A stretch of DNA of 64,000 bases from an uncultured Planctomycetales bacterium (GTDB lineage: Bacteria; 4484-113; JAFGCY01). Below, piece after piece: positions 9,353 to 18,676 of this stretch; the first letter of the stretch is position 1; each line of letters begins with the position of its first letter. Position numbers and translations under genes: made by a program. Below the pieces are notes generated by a model. The model had not been told where the DNA came from and did not search any database. It saw only the letters and a program-made list of their open reading frames with translations. Where the stretch lies: positions 55,854 through 119,853 of the forward strand of contig CAZSSB010000003.1 of assembly GCA_964609245.1 (NCBI GenBank), in the 5' to 3' direction.

Positions 9353-12300
9353 AGAATCGTCCAGTCCGGAATCTTGAAGTTGATCCTGAGCAGGTCGGCC
9401 AATGGCTCAACCAGCTCTTGTTCATCTGCCTTGGCCGGCTCCAGCTGCTGGAAATCCGGTGGTGGCACGCTGTCGGGCAGCTGCAGCTGCTCGAAACTGA
9501 TGCCGCCGTCGCGTGACAGCCGCGTCAGACGTTGACGCACCGCCGGCACTTCGGTGGGGTTGAACACGAACAGATCGATCAGTTCGCGCCGCGCAGGATC
9601 GGCAAACAGGTTACTGTAGGACTCCTCGACCAGCATGAAGTCGTCCGCGTGCCGCTCGGGGTTGAAGATCTTGATCAACCTGAAGTACTCGTTCTCGATC
9701 TGCTGTTGGGTTGCACGCTTGTCCAGGCTCAGAATCCAGTAGAACTGGTTGGCCTTCTGGTAGTAGTCGATAATGTCCTCGGCGCGCACCTTGGTCAGAT
9801 CGAAGTCACCACGCCCCTTGGTCAGCGCCAGGGTGTTCATTGCGCGTTCCAGATGGCTGATCGATGACTGCAGTTCGTTGTAGCGCTCGCGGTCGGTACG
9901 GCTGGCTTCCTGCCACAGCAGCGCCAGTCGGGTGAACTGCCTCGACGCCTCGTCATAGTCATCGAGCAACAGGTTCACGATCCCGTAGTTCTGGAGGATG
10001 CGCGGGTTATCCGGGTCGAAGCCCAGTGCCTTCTTCCATTCCTCACGCGCCAGTTTGTTCTGATCCTTGCGCGCCAGCTGGTAGGCATTGAGGTCCAGGG
10101 TGGAGGCGTACAGCACGGGCAGGTCCGCGTTGCCCTCGTCGAGTTGACGCAGGTGATCCCAGGTCTGCATCGCCTCCGGGGCGTAGCCGGCGCTGAGGAA
10201 GGCCAGTCCGATCTCAGTGAACTGCCGGATCTTCATCTCGGGTGATCCGGGTCCATCGCCGACGAGGCGGGAGAGTTCCAGCCAGTTGTGAACGGCGAGA
10301 TCGCGTTTGTCCATCCGGGCGTAGGCTTGGCCAAGGTACCAGTGAACCTGGGGTGTAGCGCCCTCCCCACGGATCATCTCCTCGAGCTGCTGAGCCGAGC
10401 GCTTAAACTGGCCGTCGTGGATCAGCAGCGCTGCCAGCAGCAACTTGTCAACGCCCTCGGGGAACTGCACTGGTTCCCACAACTGCCCGTCCACGGCGTC
10501 CTGATCGGCCAGGAAGCAGGAAACCAGCCGCGGGAAGTTCTCGGCCAGCAGGTTGCCGCGGCGCGCGAGGTCCAGAAACACCCGCCAGGCCTTCTCCGGC
10601 TGCTGGTTGGCCAGGTAGGCGTAGGCATGGGAACGCTCCAGCTGCGGATCCTCGTCGGTCCAGGTGATGTCCCGGTAGTAGATAATCGCCTTGGCGTATT
10701 CCTTGAGCCGGTGGTATGCATAGGCCAGGTAGATCTTGGTGCGGGTGCGCTTGGGAAGAATGCGGTGCGCGACCTCCAGAATCCGCGCCGCACGCTCCAG
10801 TTGACCGCCGAAGAACGCCTGTTCGCCATAGAAACTGAGCAACTCGACGATGACCTGCCTCAGCAGGCGGTGATTGCGGTTGACTTCGACCGCTCGGGTG
10901 AACAGCGGCAGTGCTTCGGCAAGCTCATCATTTTGCAGCTGCTCGCGAGCCAGCAGGAAGAGCGACAGGCTGAAGAACAGCTGCTCTGCACGACCGTTCG
11001 GGTTGTGGCGATGAATCTCTTCCAGGTGCTGGCGCGCCTCTTCCAGCCGTCCCAGCTTCATCAGCACGATCCCGCGTTCCAGCTGCAGCCATCGCTGGAA
11101 GCGCGCAACGTCCTCGCCGTCGGTGATTCCGCTGTAGACCTCGAGGCTGTCGTCCAGCTTGTCCTGGAGTTCCAGGTTGATGGCGCTGCGCAGGTCAAGC
11201 AGGAAGGATGGAATCTCGCCGTCACGCGGCAGCTCCGCCAGAATCTTGCCGGCGCGTCCGGGATCGCCCAGCTGCTGGTGGGCCGCGGCCTCCCAGTACC
11301 GGCGCCGGATTGCCATTTCTGGGGCGTCCAGCGCGGCCAGCTGCTCCAGGCTGCGATCGGCGCGATCTTCGAGCAGGTGGATCTTGGCCAGCCGGTAGCG
11401 GATCTCGTCGGTAGGCGACAGCTCATAGCTGGTCTCGAACGCGCGCGCGGCCTGTGGAAAGTTGTAGTGCTCAATGTAGAAGTCGCCGATCTCCTGGAGC
11501 AGCGACTCGCGGTCGTGCCGCTGAGTCAGCGCCACGAGTTGCGCGGCGTCCGCCTCGAAGCAGCGGACCGCCAGATTCAGTACGTTGACCGCCGGCTCTG
11601 GCTGCGAGAAGCAGTCCGCCATGAGCACGAACGCGATCTCGGCATCGGTGGAGAATTTCTGCAGCTCGAACAGCTTGCGGTAGACCCGCATTTCGATGCT
11701 GCCCGGTTCCGGCGGTGCTCCCCGCTCCTTGATGATGTCCGCCAGCAGCGTGACCAGCCGTGGATTGAGGTGCTCGGTCTCCTCGGTGCGCTTGAACAGC
11801 GCGAAGTAGGCCGCCTGAGCCTGTTCGCCGCGGCGTCCGGCCGCCAGGAAGCAGTTGGTCAGCGCTTCATCGTAGACCTCGGCCAGCGGCCCGCGTTCCG
11901 GCCGGCCCATTACGCTCAGGTACTGCAGTGTCTCCTCGTTGTAATCGTTGACCGCAACACGCATCTCGGCCAGCACGGTGGCCAACTCGCGCTTGACCTG
12001 CTCGTCGGCGATCGGGAAGGCGTGCCGGTAGATCTCCTCTGCGGCCTCATCGCGCCGGTCGGCGGCATGGTACGCCCGCGCCAGGATGGTGATCGCCAGC
12101 GGATCAGTCGGGGTGTCGATCAGCGCCTCTTCGTAGATCTTCTGCGCCTGATCGTCAACCCGCGTCAGGTTGGCGTAGTGGTGGGCCAGCACACCGTAGA
12201 TCCGGCGTTGCGGCCGGTCGGGCCAGGTGCTGAGGTAGCTCTCGTAGACCCGAACAGCGAAGTCATCCTCGCGGTCGTTGGCCAGGCAGTGCTCGGTCAG

Positions 12301-13332
12301 AATCAGGATTGCGCGCTTGGAGACCATCCTGAGCTCGAACGCCTTGGTCATCACCTCGATGGCCTCGTCGTCGAACTTATTAGCCTGGGCGAGGAACTCG
12401 CCGAGGAAGGCCAACAGGTCGCGGTCGCTGTAGCCTTGACGGTAGACCGCCAGCAGCAGCTCGCCGCGGTCGAGCAGTTCATTGGTGCTGCCGAGCACAA
12501 TGCCGGACAGCTGTTTAAGTGCCTCCTGCGACAGCTTCGCCTTTTCCAGCGCGCGCGTGATGTAGGGCACCGTGGCGGACGAGAAATCCTCCTGCTGGAT
12601 GTAGTACTCAGCCAGCAGTCGCAGCGCCGCCGGATTCTCGGAGGTCTCTACCGTGTCGCGATAGACTTCGGCGGCGAACTCGTCGGTTTCCTCATTCTCG
12701 ATCAGGCTTTCCAGCAGGACCGCGCGCAGGCGCCGATCGGCCTTGCGGTTGTGGTAGGCGTTCCGGTAGATCGCCAGAGCCTCGGCGTCGCTGCGGCTCT
12801 CACGCAGATAGCGGTCGGCCAGCATGCCCTGGCCTTCCTGCCAGAGCGGGAACGCCGTGGCAGTTTCGGTCAGGAACTTGAGCTCCTCGTCCGCCACATC
12901 CTCGCCGCGAGCCGCGATGATGTTCTTGGCGGCCGTGATCATCAGGCGCCGGTCCTTGGGACTGATCTCGACGGCCTGCTTGGCGAGGGCCAGCACTCGC
13001 GGCTCGATGGCTCCGCTGTCGATGAGCGCGGCGACGATTTGGGGTAGTTCCTTGGGGACCGCCTCTGCCAGCGACTCGGCCAGATCCAGTGCGGAGTCCT
13101 GGAGCCCGGCTGCGAACAGCCCATGGAACAGCCGTACACGCAACGAGTTGAGTTCTGACAGGTCCTCGGCGGAAACGTCCTCAGGCCGTTCCGTCCAGAG
13201 CTTACCCAGCAATTCGGCGGCGTCATCCAGCTTGTCGCCGTCCAGCAGTCGTGCGGCCTGCTTCAGCTTCGGCCCAAGCTTGCTTTTCGAGCCACCTAAT
13301 ATCTTGCCGAGAATCCCCATTGGTCTTCCCAA
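9349..13332 (-). CDS. Giant (~1320 aa) TPR/helical-repeat protein with a C-terminal J-like domain
   Basis: Many TPR-like repeats; C-terminus FYWILSLDKRATQQQIENEYFRLIKIFNPERHADDFMLVEESYSNL matches the J-domain pattern with NPE in place of HPD; overlaps grpE start by 4 nt. Start is TTG 13332 or ATG 13320. Confidence 0.8.
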   Translation of the reverse strand: MGRPMGILGKILGGSKSKLGPKLKQAARLLDGDKLDDAAELLGKLWTERPEDVSAEDLSELNSLRVRLFHGLFAAGLQDSALDLAESLAEAVPKELPQIVAALIDSGAIEPRVLALAKQAVEISPKDRRLMITAAKNIIAARGEDVADEELKFLTETATAFPLWQEGQGMLADRYLRESRSDAEALAIYRNAYHNRKADRRLRAVLLESLIENEETDEFAAEVYRDTVETSENPAALRLLAEYYIQQEDFSSATVPYITRALEKAKLSQEALKQLSGIVLGSTNELLDRGELLLAVYRQGYSDRDLLAFLGEFLAQANKFDDEAIEVMTKAFELRMVSKRAILILTEHCLANDREDDFAVRVYESYLSTWPDRPQRRIYGVLAHHYANLTRVDDQAQKIYEEALIDTPTDPLAITILARAYHAADRRDEAAEEIYRHAFPIADEQVKRELATVLAEMRVAVNDYNEETLQYLSVMGRPERGPLAEVYDEALTNCFLAAGRRGEQAQAAYFALFKRTEETEHLNPRLVTLLADIIKERGAPPEPGSIEMRVYRKLFELQKFSTDAEIAFVLMADCFSQPEPAVNVLNLAVRCFEADAAQLVALTQRHDRESLLQEIGDFYIEHYNFPQAARAFETSYELSPTDEIRYRLAKIHLLEDRADRSLEQLAALDAPEMAIRRRYWEAAAHQQLGDPGRAGKILAELPRDGEIPSFLLDLRSAINLELQDKLDDSLEVYSGITDGEDVARFQRWLQLERGIVLMKLGRLEEARQHLEEIHRHNPNGRAEQLFFSLSLFLLAREQLQNDELAEALPLFTRAVEVNRNHRLLRQVIVELLSFYGEQAFFGGQLERAARILEVAHRILPKRTRTKIYLAYAYHRLKEYAKAIIYYRDITWTDEDPQLERSHAYAYLANQQPEKAWRVFLDLARRGNLLAENFPRLVSCFLADQDAVDGQLWEPVQFPEGVDKLLLAALLIHDGQFKRSAQQLEEMIRGEGATPQVHWYLGQAYARMDKRDLAVHNWLELSRLVGDGPGSPEMKIRQFTEIGLAFLSAGYAPEAMQTWDHLRQLDEGNADLPVLYASTLDLNAYQLARKDQNKLAREEWKKALGFDPDNPRILQNYGIVNLLLDDYDEASRQFTRLALLWQEASRTDRERYNELQSSISHLERAMNTLALTKGRGDFDLTKVRAEDIIDYYQKANQFYWILSLDKRATQQQIENEYFRLIKIFNPERHADDFMLVEESYSNLFADPARRELIDLFVFNPTEVPAVRQRLTRLSRDGGISFEQLQLPDSVPPPDFQQLEPAKADEQELVEPLADLLRINFKIPDWTIL

Positions 13333-13390
13333 ACCAATATTATACAGTCGAGTCGGGCTGCTGGCGCTCGAGGTCCGTGCGCAGAGTCAG

Positions 13391-14518
13391 TTACTGCTGT
13401 CGGCCGTTGAGCAGCTGATACAGGAAGTGACCGGACTTCTGGCTGGCTGCGACGTCTTCCTCACGCAGCTCCTTGAGCAATTCGCGCTGGCGCTTGCTCA
13501 GGCGTTGCGGCACTGCGACCACGACGCGCACGTGCAGTTCGCCGCGCCCGCCGCGTCTGAGCCGCGGCAGTCCGTGTCCGCGCAGCTGGAACACGTGATG
13601 ACTGCGCGTGCCGGCCGGAATCCTGAGCTGCTCCTCGCCCGTCAGGGTCGGCACGCTGACTGTGGCACCGAGGACCAGATCGGCGTAATGCACCGGCAGT
13701 TCCACGTACAGCGAGTCGCCCTCGCGGTGGAACTGCTTGTGAGTCTCCACCGAGACCTGGACCAGCAGACTGCCTGCCGGCGCTCCTCCGCGTCCGCTGT
13801 GGCCCTGGCCGCTGACCCGGATGATGTTGCCGTCGTCGATGCCGGCCGGAATCGTGATCTCGATGGTGCGCTGACGCTCGGTGAATCCCGTGCCACGGCA
13901 GGCCTTGCAGGGGTCAGTGATCGTGTAGCCCGCGCCGCGGCAGGCCGGGCACGTGGTGGTGGTCTGCATCCGTCCCAGCAGGGTGTCTCGCACCTGGATG
14001 ACCACGCCGCGGCCGCCACAGGTCTCGCAGTCCACGGGCTGTGTGCCGGGCTCCGCCCGCGATCCCCCGCAGCTCTCGCAGGTCTCCCGGCGCTGAACCT
14101 GCAGTTCAACGTCCTTGTCTTCCAGGACTTCCTCCAGGCGCAGGTGCACCGCCCGGTGGATATCGGCGCCCGGTTCGTATTTGCGGGGTCGTCCCGGTGC
14201 TGCGGCCCCGGAGAAACCGCCGCCGAAGAAGAAGTCGAAGATATCGTTGATGCTGCCGAAGCCCATGCCACCAAACGGATCACCGCCGGTGGGACCCCCG
14301 GTGGTGCCGAACTGGTCGTATTGCTGGCGCTTCCGGGGATCGGACAGCACCTCGTGCGCCAGGTTGATCTCCTTGAAGCGCTCGTCGGCCTGCGGATCGT
14401 CGCTGACGTCCGGGTGGTGCTGGCGGGCCAGCTTGCGGTAGGCGCGCTTGATGTCGTCCGGGCTGGCGTTGCGCGGTACGCCCAGGATCTCGTACAGGTC
14501 CACCTTGCTGGCCGGCAT
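13391..14518 (-). CDS. dnaJ: Chaperone DnaJ
   Basis: ATG 14518 overlaps the hrcA stop (TGATG); J-domain with HHPD, G/F region, four CxxCxGxG motifs, C-terminal domain. Confidence 0.97.
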   Translation of the reverse strand: MPASKVDLYEILGVPRNASPDDIKRAYRKLARQHHPDVSDDPQADERFKEINLAHEVLSDPRKRQQYDQFGTTGGPTGGDPFGGMGFGSINDIFDFFFGGGFSGAAAPGRPRKYEPGADIHRAVHLRLEEVLEDKDVELQVQRRETCESCGGSRAEPGTQPVDCETCGGRGVVIQVRDTLLGRMQTTTTCPACRGAGYTITDPCKACRGTGFTERQRTIEITIPAGIDDGNIIRVSGQGHSGRGGAPAGSLLVQVSVETHKQFHREGDSLYVELPVHYADLVLGATVSVPTLTGEEQLRIPAGTRSHHVFQLRGHGLPRLRRGGRGELHVRVVVAVPQRLSKRQRELLKELREEDVAASQKSGHFLYQLLNGRQQ

Positions 14519-15585
14519 CAGCTGGTACCCTCGTCCTCGGCAATCTCGCGCAGCGTCTGCGCGACGACCTCGCCGATCGCCTTGACCCAGGGCAGGGTGC
14601 GAGCGTAGAACAGGCGAGTGGGACCGAGCACGCCCACGGTGCCCTCGCCGCTGCTGGGCAGGCTGTAGCGCGACAGCACCAGGCTGCACTCGTGGAGGTC
14701 CGGATCGAGGTTCTCACTGCCGATGATCGTCTGTACTTCGCGTTGGCTGAGCTGCTGATGCACCGTCCGCACGAAACGGTCGCGGTCCTGCAGGACGTTG
14801 ATGACGTTGCTGAGCCGGTCGACGCTGGAGAATTCCGGTTCCAGCGCCAGCTTCAGCGCATTGCCGAACAGCACCCGTTCTCCGCTGCCCGCCAGGCTGA
14901 GGAAGAACTCCTGGATCGCGTCCAGCACTTTCTCGGGAACCGCGACGGTGTCCTCGATCAGGCGTCGCAGCTCGTCGTAGTCAACCTCGATTACGCTGCG
15001 CTCGCGCAGGTAGTTGTTGAGCCGCTCCGTCAGCTGGCCCAACTCGAGTTCGCGGATCGGCACATCGAACGTCAGCCGCCGGCTCTGCATCGCGCCGGCG
15101 CCGGTGACCAGCACCACCAGCAACTCGTGTGTGTCGACTTCAACGAAGTTGATGCTCTTGATGTCCAGCGCCGAGGGAACGGGCAGGCTGACCCAGGCGA
15201 CGTAGCCGGTCATCTCGGTCAGCAGGTCCAGGGTGCCTTCCAGCAGCGCCTCGATCTCGCGTCCCAGCTCACGGTAGACCTGGGAGACGCGCGCCCGCCG
15301 GCCGATAGTATCGGCCAGGCTGTGCACCAGTTCCTCGACCAGGAACCGGTAGGCCTGATCGGTCGGGATGCGCCCGCCGGAGGTGTGCGGCTGCCGCAGG
15401 TACCCCTGTTCCTCCAGCGCGACAAGCTCGTGACGTACGGTGGCCGGACTGACGTGCACTTCGTCGGCGACCACGTTGCTGGACACGGGATGCACCTGGC
15501 GCACGTAGTGGTTGATCACCTGACGCAGAATCTCCCGCTTGCGCGGGCTCAGGCCATCCTCCAGTTCCTCAGGCAGCTTGCTCAC
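14518..15585 (-). CDS. hrcA: Heat-inducible transcription repressor HrcA
   Basis: RKREILRQVINHY...PVSS...VSPATVRHELVALEEQGYLRQPHTSGGRIPTDQAYR; GTVGVLGPTR. Confidence 0.97.
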   Translation of the reverse strand: MSKLPEELEDGLSPRKREILRQVINHYVRQVHPVSSNVVADEVHVSPATVRHELVALEEQGYLRQPHTSGGRIPTDQAYRFLVEELVHSLADTIGRRARVSQVYRELGREIEALLEGTLDLLTEMTGYVAWVSLPVPSALDIKSINFVEVDTHELLVVLVTGAGAMQSRRLTFDVPIRELELGQLTERLNNYLRERSVIEVDYDELRRLIEDTVAVPEKVLDAIQEFFLSLAGSGERVLFGNALKLALEPEFSSVDRLSNVINVLQDRDRFVRTVHQQLSQREVQTIIGSENLDPDLHECSLVLSRYSLPSSGEGTVGVLGPTRLFYARTLPWVKAIGEVVAQTLREIAEDEGTS

Positions 15586-15699
15586 AGCTTAATTCTACCG
15601 GGCGTGTGCCGGTCAGCGTCTACAACGTGGCCGTCGGTCTTCAACGGCCCGGTGGCTTGCGGCCCTGTCCGGGCCCGGCCACAACTCGGTGCCAGCAGT

Positions 15700-16908
15700 C
15701 TAGTGCCCGCCTGGGCTCTTGACAATCCGCGCCTCGGTGATCAGCGCCATCCGGAACGGATCCCAGTACTGGCCGACGTATTGCTGCCAGGCCAGGTCAT
15801 TGAGCAGGTACTGCTCAATCGCCTCTTCTGGGGCCCCGTCGGCCTCCAGCTGGGCGCGCAGGTCGGCTTTGGCGGACTCCATCGCTGGGTTGAACGATTC
15901 CACCAGCCGCTCCACGTTGTCCCGGCCCTCCGTCACGTAGGCGAACGGTGTGAAGTAGGTCTCCTGCGACATGTCGCTGAGGCGGGAGTTGTTGGCAAGA
16001 TTGATGAACGGCTGGGTGGACGCGGTATCCGGACCTCGTTTGGCGAAGCAGACCGTCCACTGCCGGGCCGGGAAGCGCACCGGTTCATCCTTCAACTCGA
16101 CGACCAGACCTTTGCGATCCTCATAGCGCGGATAGACCGGGGGCTCCTCGCCCGGTCGCAGGCTGGCGGCGTCACTGAGGTCGTAGAGGTCGCCCCACTG
16201 CACCACCCAGCCCGGCGCGATGCGGTGGACATGCATGTTGTCATAGAAGCCGGCCTCCACGAGTTCAAGGAAGCGCACCGCGTGGATTGGCGCCAGCTCT
16301 GGATAGACCTCCAAGCTGAACTCGCCGAAGGTGGTGCTGAATTCCACCGTCCAGACCTCGTCCAGCTCATCGCGCAGGTCATCGATCGGCCGCTCCGGCC
16401 CCGTGTAGGGGTCGCCCAGCAGCGCAATGACCATGCCGGCGGGCTCGGTGTCCTCCTCCGGTGCGTCGCCACCGGCCAGGGCCTGCCACTCGCCGGCGAT
16501 CTCGCTGTCGACGCTGGCCAGCACCTCAAGCTCACTGAGCACGGCGTCGCGGTCCTTCTCGGCCAGTTCCTTCAATTCGTCGTCCAGAGCGGCCAGTTCG
16601 TCCTGCAGCTCGGCCACGCGCTCCGGAGCCAGTCCCGGCGTGGCAGCCAGTGTCTCCAGCTCTCGCTCGATTGCCGCACGCTGATCGAACAGGTTGCGGA
16701 CCACGAGTTCCGTCGAGCCCCCGCCGGTGGTTTCTCGGCCGCTGGTCGCCTGGTCGCGTTTTGTGCCGGCGTCATCCGTCGCACCATCGTCCGCTGACGC
16801 CACGGCCGCGGGCTCGACGGTGTCTGATTCATCCCCGCCGCTTGGGCAGCTGCTGATCAGTGGCAGCAGCAGGAGGACAGCCAGCATCGCTGGCAGTATG
16901 CGTTGCAT
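15700..16908 (-). CDS. Cyclophilin-type peptidyl-prolyl isomerase, lipoprotein
   Basis: AAGGAG RBS, ATG 16908; lipobox LISSC; PELAPIHAVRFLELVEAGFYDNMHVHRIAPGWVVQWGD...ASTQPFINL cyclophilin motifs after an acidic helical linker. Confidence 0.88.
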   Translation of the reverse strand: MQRILPAMLAVLLLLPLISSCPSGGDESDTVEPAAVASADDGATDDAGTKRDQATSGRETTGGGSTELVVRNLFDQRAAIERELETLAATPGLAPERVAELQDELAALDDELKELAEKDRDAVLSELEVLASVDSEIAGEWQALAGGDAPEEDTEPAGMVIALLGDPYTGPERPIDDLRDELDEVWTVEFSTTFGEFSLEVYPELAPIHAVRFLELVEAGFYDNMHVHRIAPGWVVQWGDLYDLSDAASLRPGEEPPVYPRYEDRKGLVVELKDEPVRFPARQWTVCFAKRGPDTASTQPFINLANNSRLSDMSQETYFTPFAYVTEGRDNVERLVESFNPAMESAKADLRAQLEADGAPEEAIEQYLLNDLAWQQYVGQYWDPFRMALITEARIVKSPGGH

Positions 16909-17175
16909 CGTCAACTCCTTCGGCTTCCCGCGCCGCCTGGCCAGACGCTGGCCGCATGCGGGCAGGTTCCCGCCTGTACCACGCAATTCCTGAGGTTACC
17001 GGCTACACATTAGCATACCCCTCCTGCAGGGCGCAGGCTCAGTGGTCGCCGCGCGTGATCCGCTGCATCTCGTGCACGCCGCCGTCGGCCGTGCGGTGGC
17101 AGGGGGCTGGACTGACCACCTGGTCAGGCGCGATCAGAGCCGGGTTTGTTGCCACTGGATGGTCAATTCATCGGC

Positions 17176-17181
17176 TATAAT
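17176..17181 (+). promoter_or_regulatory. Putative sigma70 -10 box for citrate synthase
   Basis: Exact TATAAT ~95 nt upstream of ATG 17277 (GGGAGGAAGG RBS); no convincing -35. Confidence 0.45.
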
Positions 17182-17276
17182 GTGTTCAGAAGGGCCGCTT
17201 CGCGATTCTTCCGGGGCCAGCAAGCACCATCGCCGGCGGCACTGCCAACACTTATCTTAGTTCGGGAGGAAGGCAT

Positions 17277-18563
17277 ATGTCGATGCTGAAGGACAAGCTC
17301 GCCGCTCAGATTCCGGGCATTCGCGCGGACCTAAAGGAGCTCGGTAAGAACTACGGCGATGTCAAGATCTCGGATGTGTCGGTGGCCCAGGCCTATGGCG
17401 GCATGCGCGGCGTCAAGGGCATGATCTGCGACACCTCCGTGGTGGAGCCGGACAAGGGCCTGATCATCCGGGGGATTCCGATCCTGGAGATCAAGGACAA
17501 GCTGCCCGAGGAGATCTTCTGGCTGCTGATCACCGGGGAACTGCCCAGCGAGGCTGAGCTCAAGTCGCTGCAGGACGAGTTCCGGGCCGCCGGCAAGGTG
17601 CCGGACTACGTCTGGAAAGTACTGGAGGCGATGCCGAAGGACAGCCACCCGATGACGATGCTGGACACCGCGATCCTGGTGATGCAGGCTGAGTCGAAGT
17701 TCGCGGCGCGCTATCACGAGATGGCCAAGACCGACTACTGGGAGGCGGCGCTGGAAGACGCAATCGCGATCCTGGGCACGATTCCGGTAGTGGCGGCCGG
17801 CATGTATCGGATGCGCTACGACAAGGGCGCGCGGATCGAACCCAATCCGGACCTGGACTGGGCAGCCAACTACGTGCACATGCTGGGTCTCGAGGAGACG
17901 CCGGACTGCTACGACATGATGCGGCTCTACCTCACCCTGCATACCGACCACGAGGGCGGCAACGTCAGCGCCAACACCTGCCACACCGTCGGCAGCGCAC
18001 TCAGCGATCCATACTACTCGGTCAGCGCGGGTCTGAACGGTCTGGCCGGCCCACTGCACGGCCTGGCCAACCAGGAGTGCCTGGGCTTCGTGATCAAGCT
18101 GCGCGACCAGTTCGGCGGCGTGATGAGCGAGGAAGAGCTGACCAAGGCCTGCTGGGATCTGCTCAACGCTGGCCAGGTGGTGCCGGGCTACGGCCACGCC
18201 GTGCTGCGCGTGCCCGATCCCCGCTTTGTCGCCTTCCACGGCTTCGGCAAGGAACACTGCGCCGACGACGATATCTACAAGATCGTCGACCTGCTGTATC
18301 AGGTGGCGCCCAAGGTGCTCAAGGAGCACGGCAAGGCCAAGAACCCGTGGCCGAACGTCGATGCCGGCAGCGGCGCGCTGCTCTATCACTACGGTCTGAC
18401 CGAGTTCCCGTACTACACGGTGCTCTTCAGCGTCAGCCGCGCGATGGGTATGCTCAGCCAGCTGGTGATCAACCGCGCGATCGGCACCTCGATCACGCGG
18501 CCCAAGAGCGTCAGCACGGAGTGGATCAAGAAGACCGTCGGCGCCACGGCGGCGGCCGGCTAG
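17277..18563 (+). CDS. gltA: Citrate (Si)-synthase, eukaryotic/mitochondrial type
   Basis: YGGMRG, DHEGGNVSA, GLAGPLHGLANQE, VVPGYGHAVLR, PWPNVDA motifs. Confidence 0.95.
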   Translation: MSMLKDKLAAQIPGIRADLKELGKNYGDVKISDVSVAQAYGGMRGVKGMICDTSVVEPDKGLIIRGIPILEIKDKLPEEIFWLLITGELPSEAELKSLQDEFRAAGKVPDYVWKVLEAMPKDSHPMTMLDTAILVMQAESKFAARYHEMAKTDYWEAALEDAIAILGTIPVVAAGMYRMRYDKGARIEPNPDLDWAANYVHMLGLEETPDCYDMMRLYLTLHTDHEGGNVSANTCHTVGSALSDPYYSVSAGLNGLAGPLHGLANQECLGFVIKLRDQFGGVMSEEELTKACWDLLNAGQVVPGYGHAVLRVPDPRFVAFHGFGKEHCADDDIYKIVDLLYQVAPKVLKEHGKAKNPWPNVDAGSGALLYHYGLTEFPYYTVLFSVSRAMGMLSQLVINRAIGTSITRPKSVSTEWIKKTVGATAAAG

Positions 18564-18602
18564 CCAGCGCCGACGACCGACTGCGGCAACTTAGGAAAAA
18601 TC

Positions 18603-18630
18603 GCGGGGGAGGAGAGACTCCCTCCCCCGC
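18603..18630. terminator. Stem-loop after citrate synthase
   Basis: GCGGGGGAGG/CCTCCCCCGC 10-bp stem; A-run on the 5' side. Confidence 0.6.
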
Positions 18631-18676
18631 GTACCTCTGCGGTAGCGCGCCGCCAGTGCGCTATGCTACTGCGCGT

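Noticed and set aside
10288-13047. 919-aa + strand ORF and other long antisense ORFs (e.g. 827..2344, 14692..16797, 18560..19435, 28785..30809, 33142..34584, 51453..53006, 58118..59704)
   Set aside because: Shadow frames opposite clear genes, expected in high-GC DNA; no RBS or recognisable motifs.
15586-15700. CIRCE operator upstream of hrcA, the TPR gene or dnaK
   Set aside because: No TTAGCACTC-N9-GAGTGCTAA match. Only a half-site-like CTGGCACCG (~15670-15678, minus strand) without a partner arm, and an unrelated GGCCGT-N9-ACGGCC inverted repeat.
17277-18563. Eukaryotic-type citrate synthase as a sign of gene transfer from eukaryotes
   Set aside because: This type is known in several bacterial groups; codon usage matches the host.
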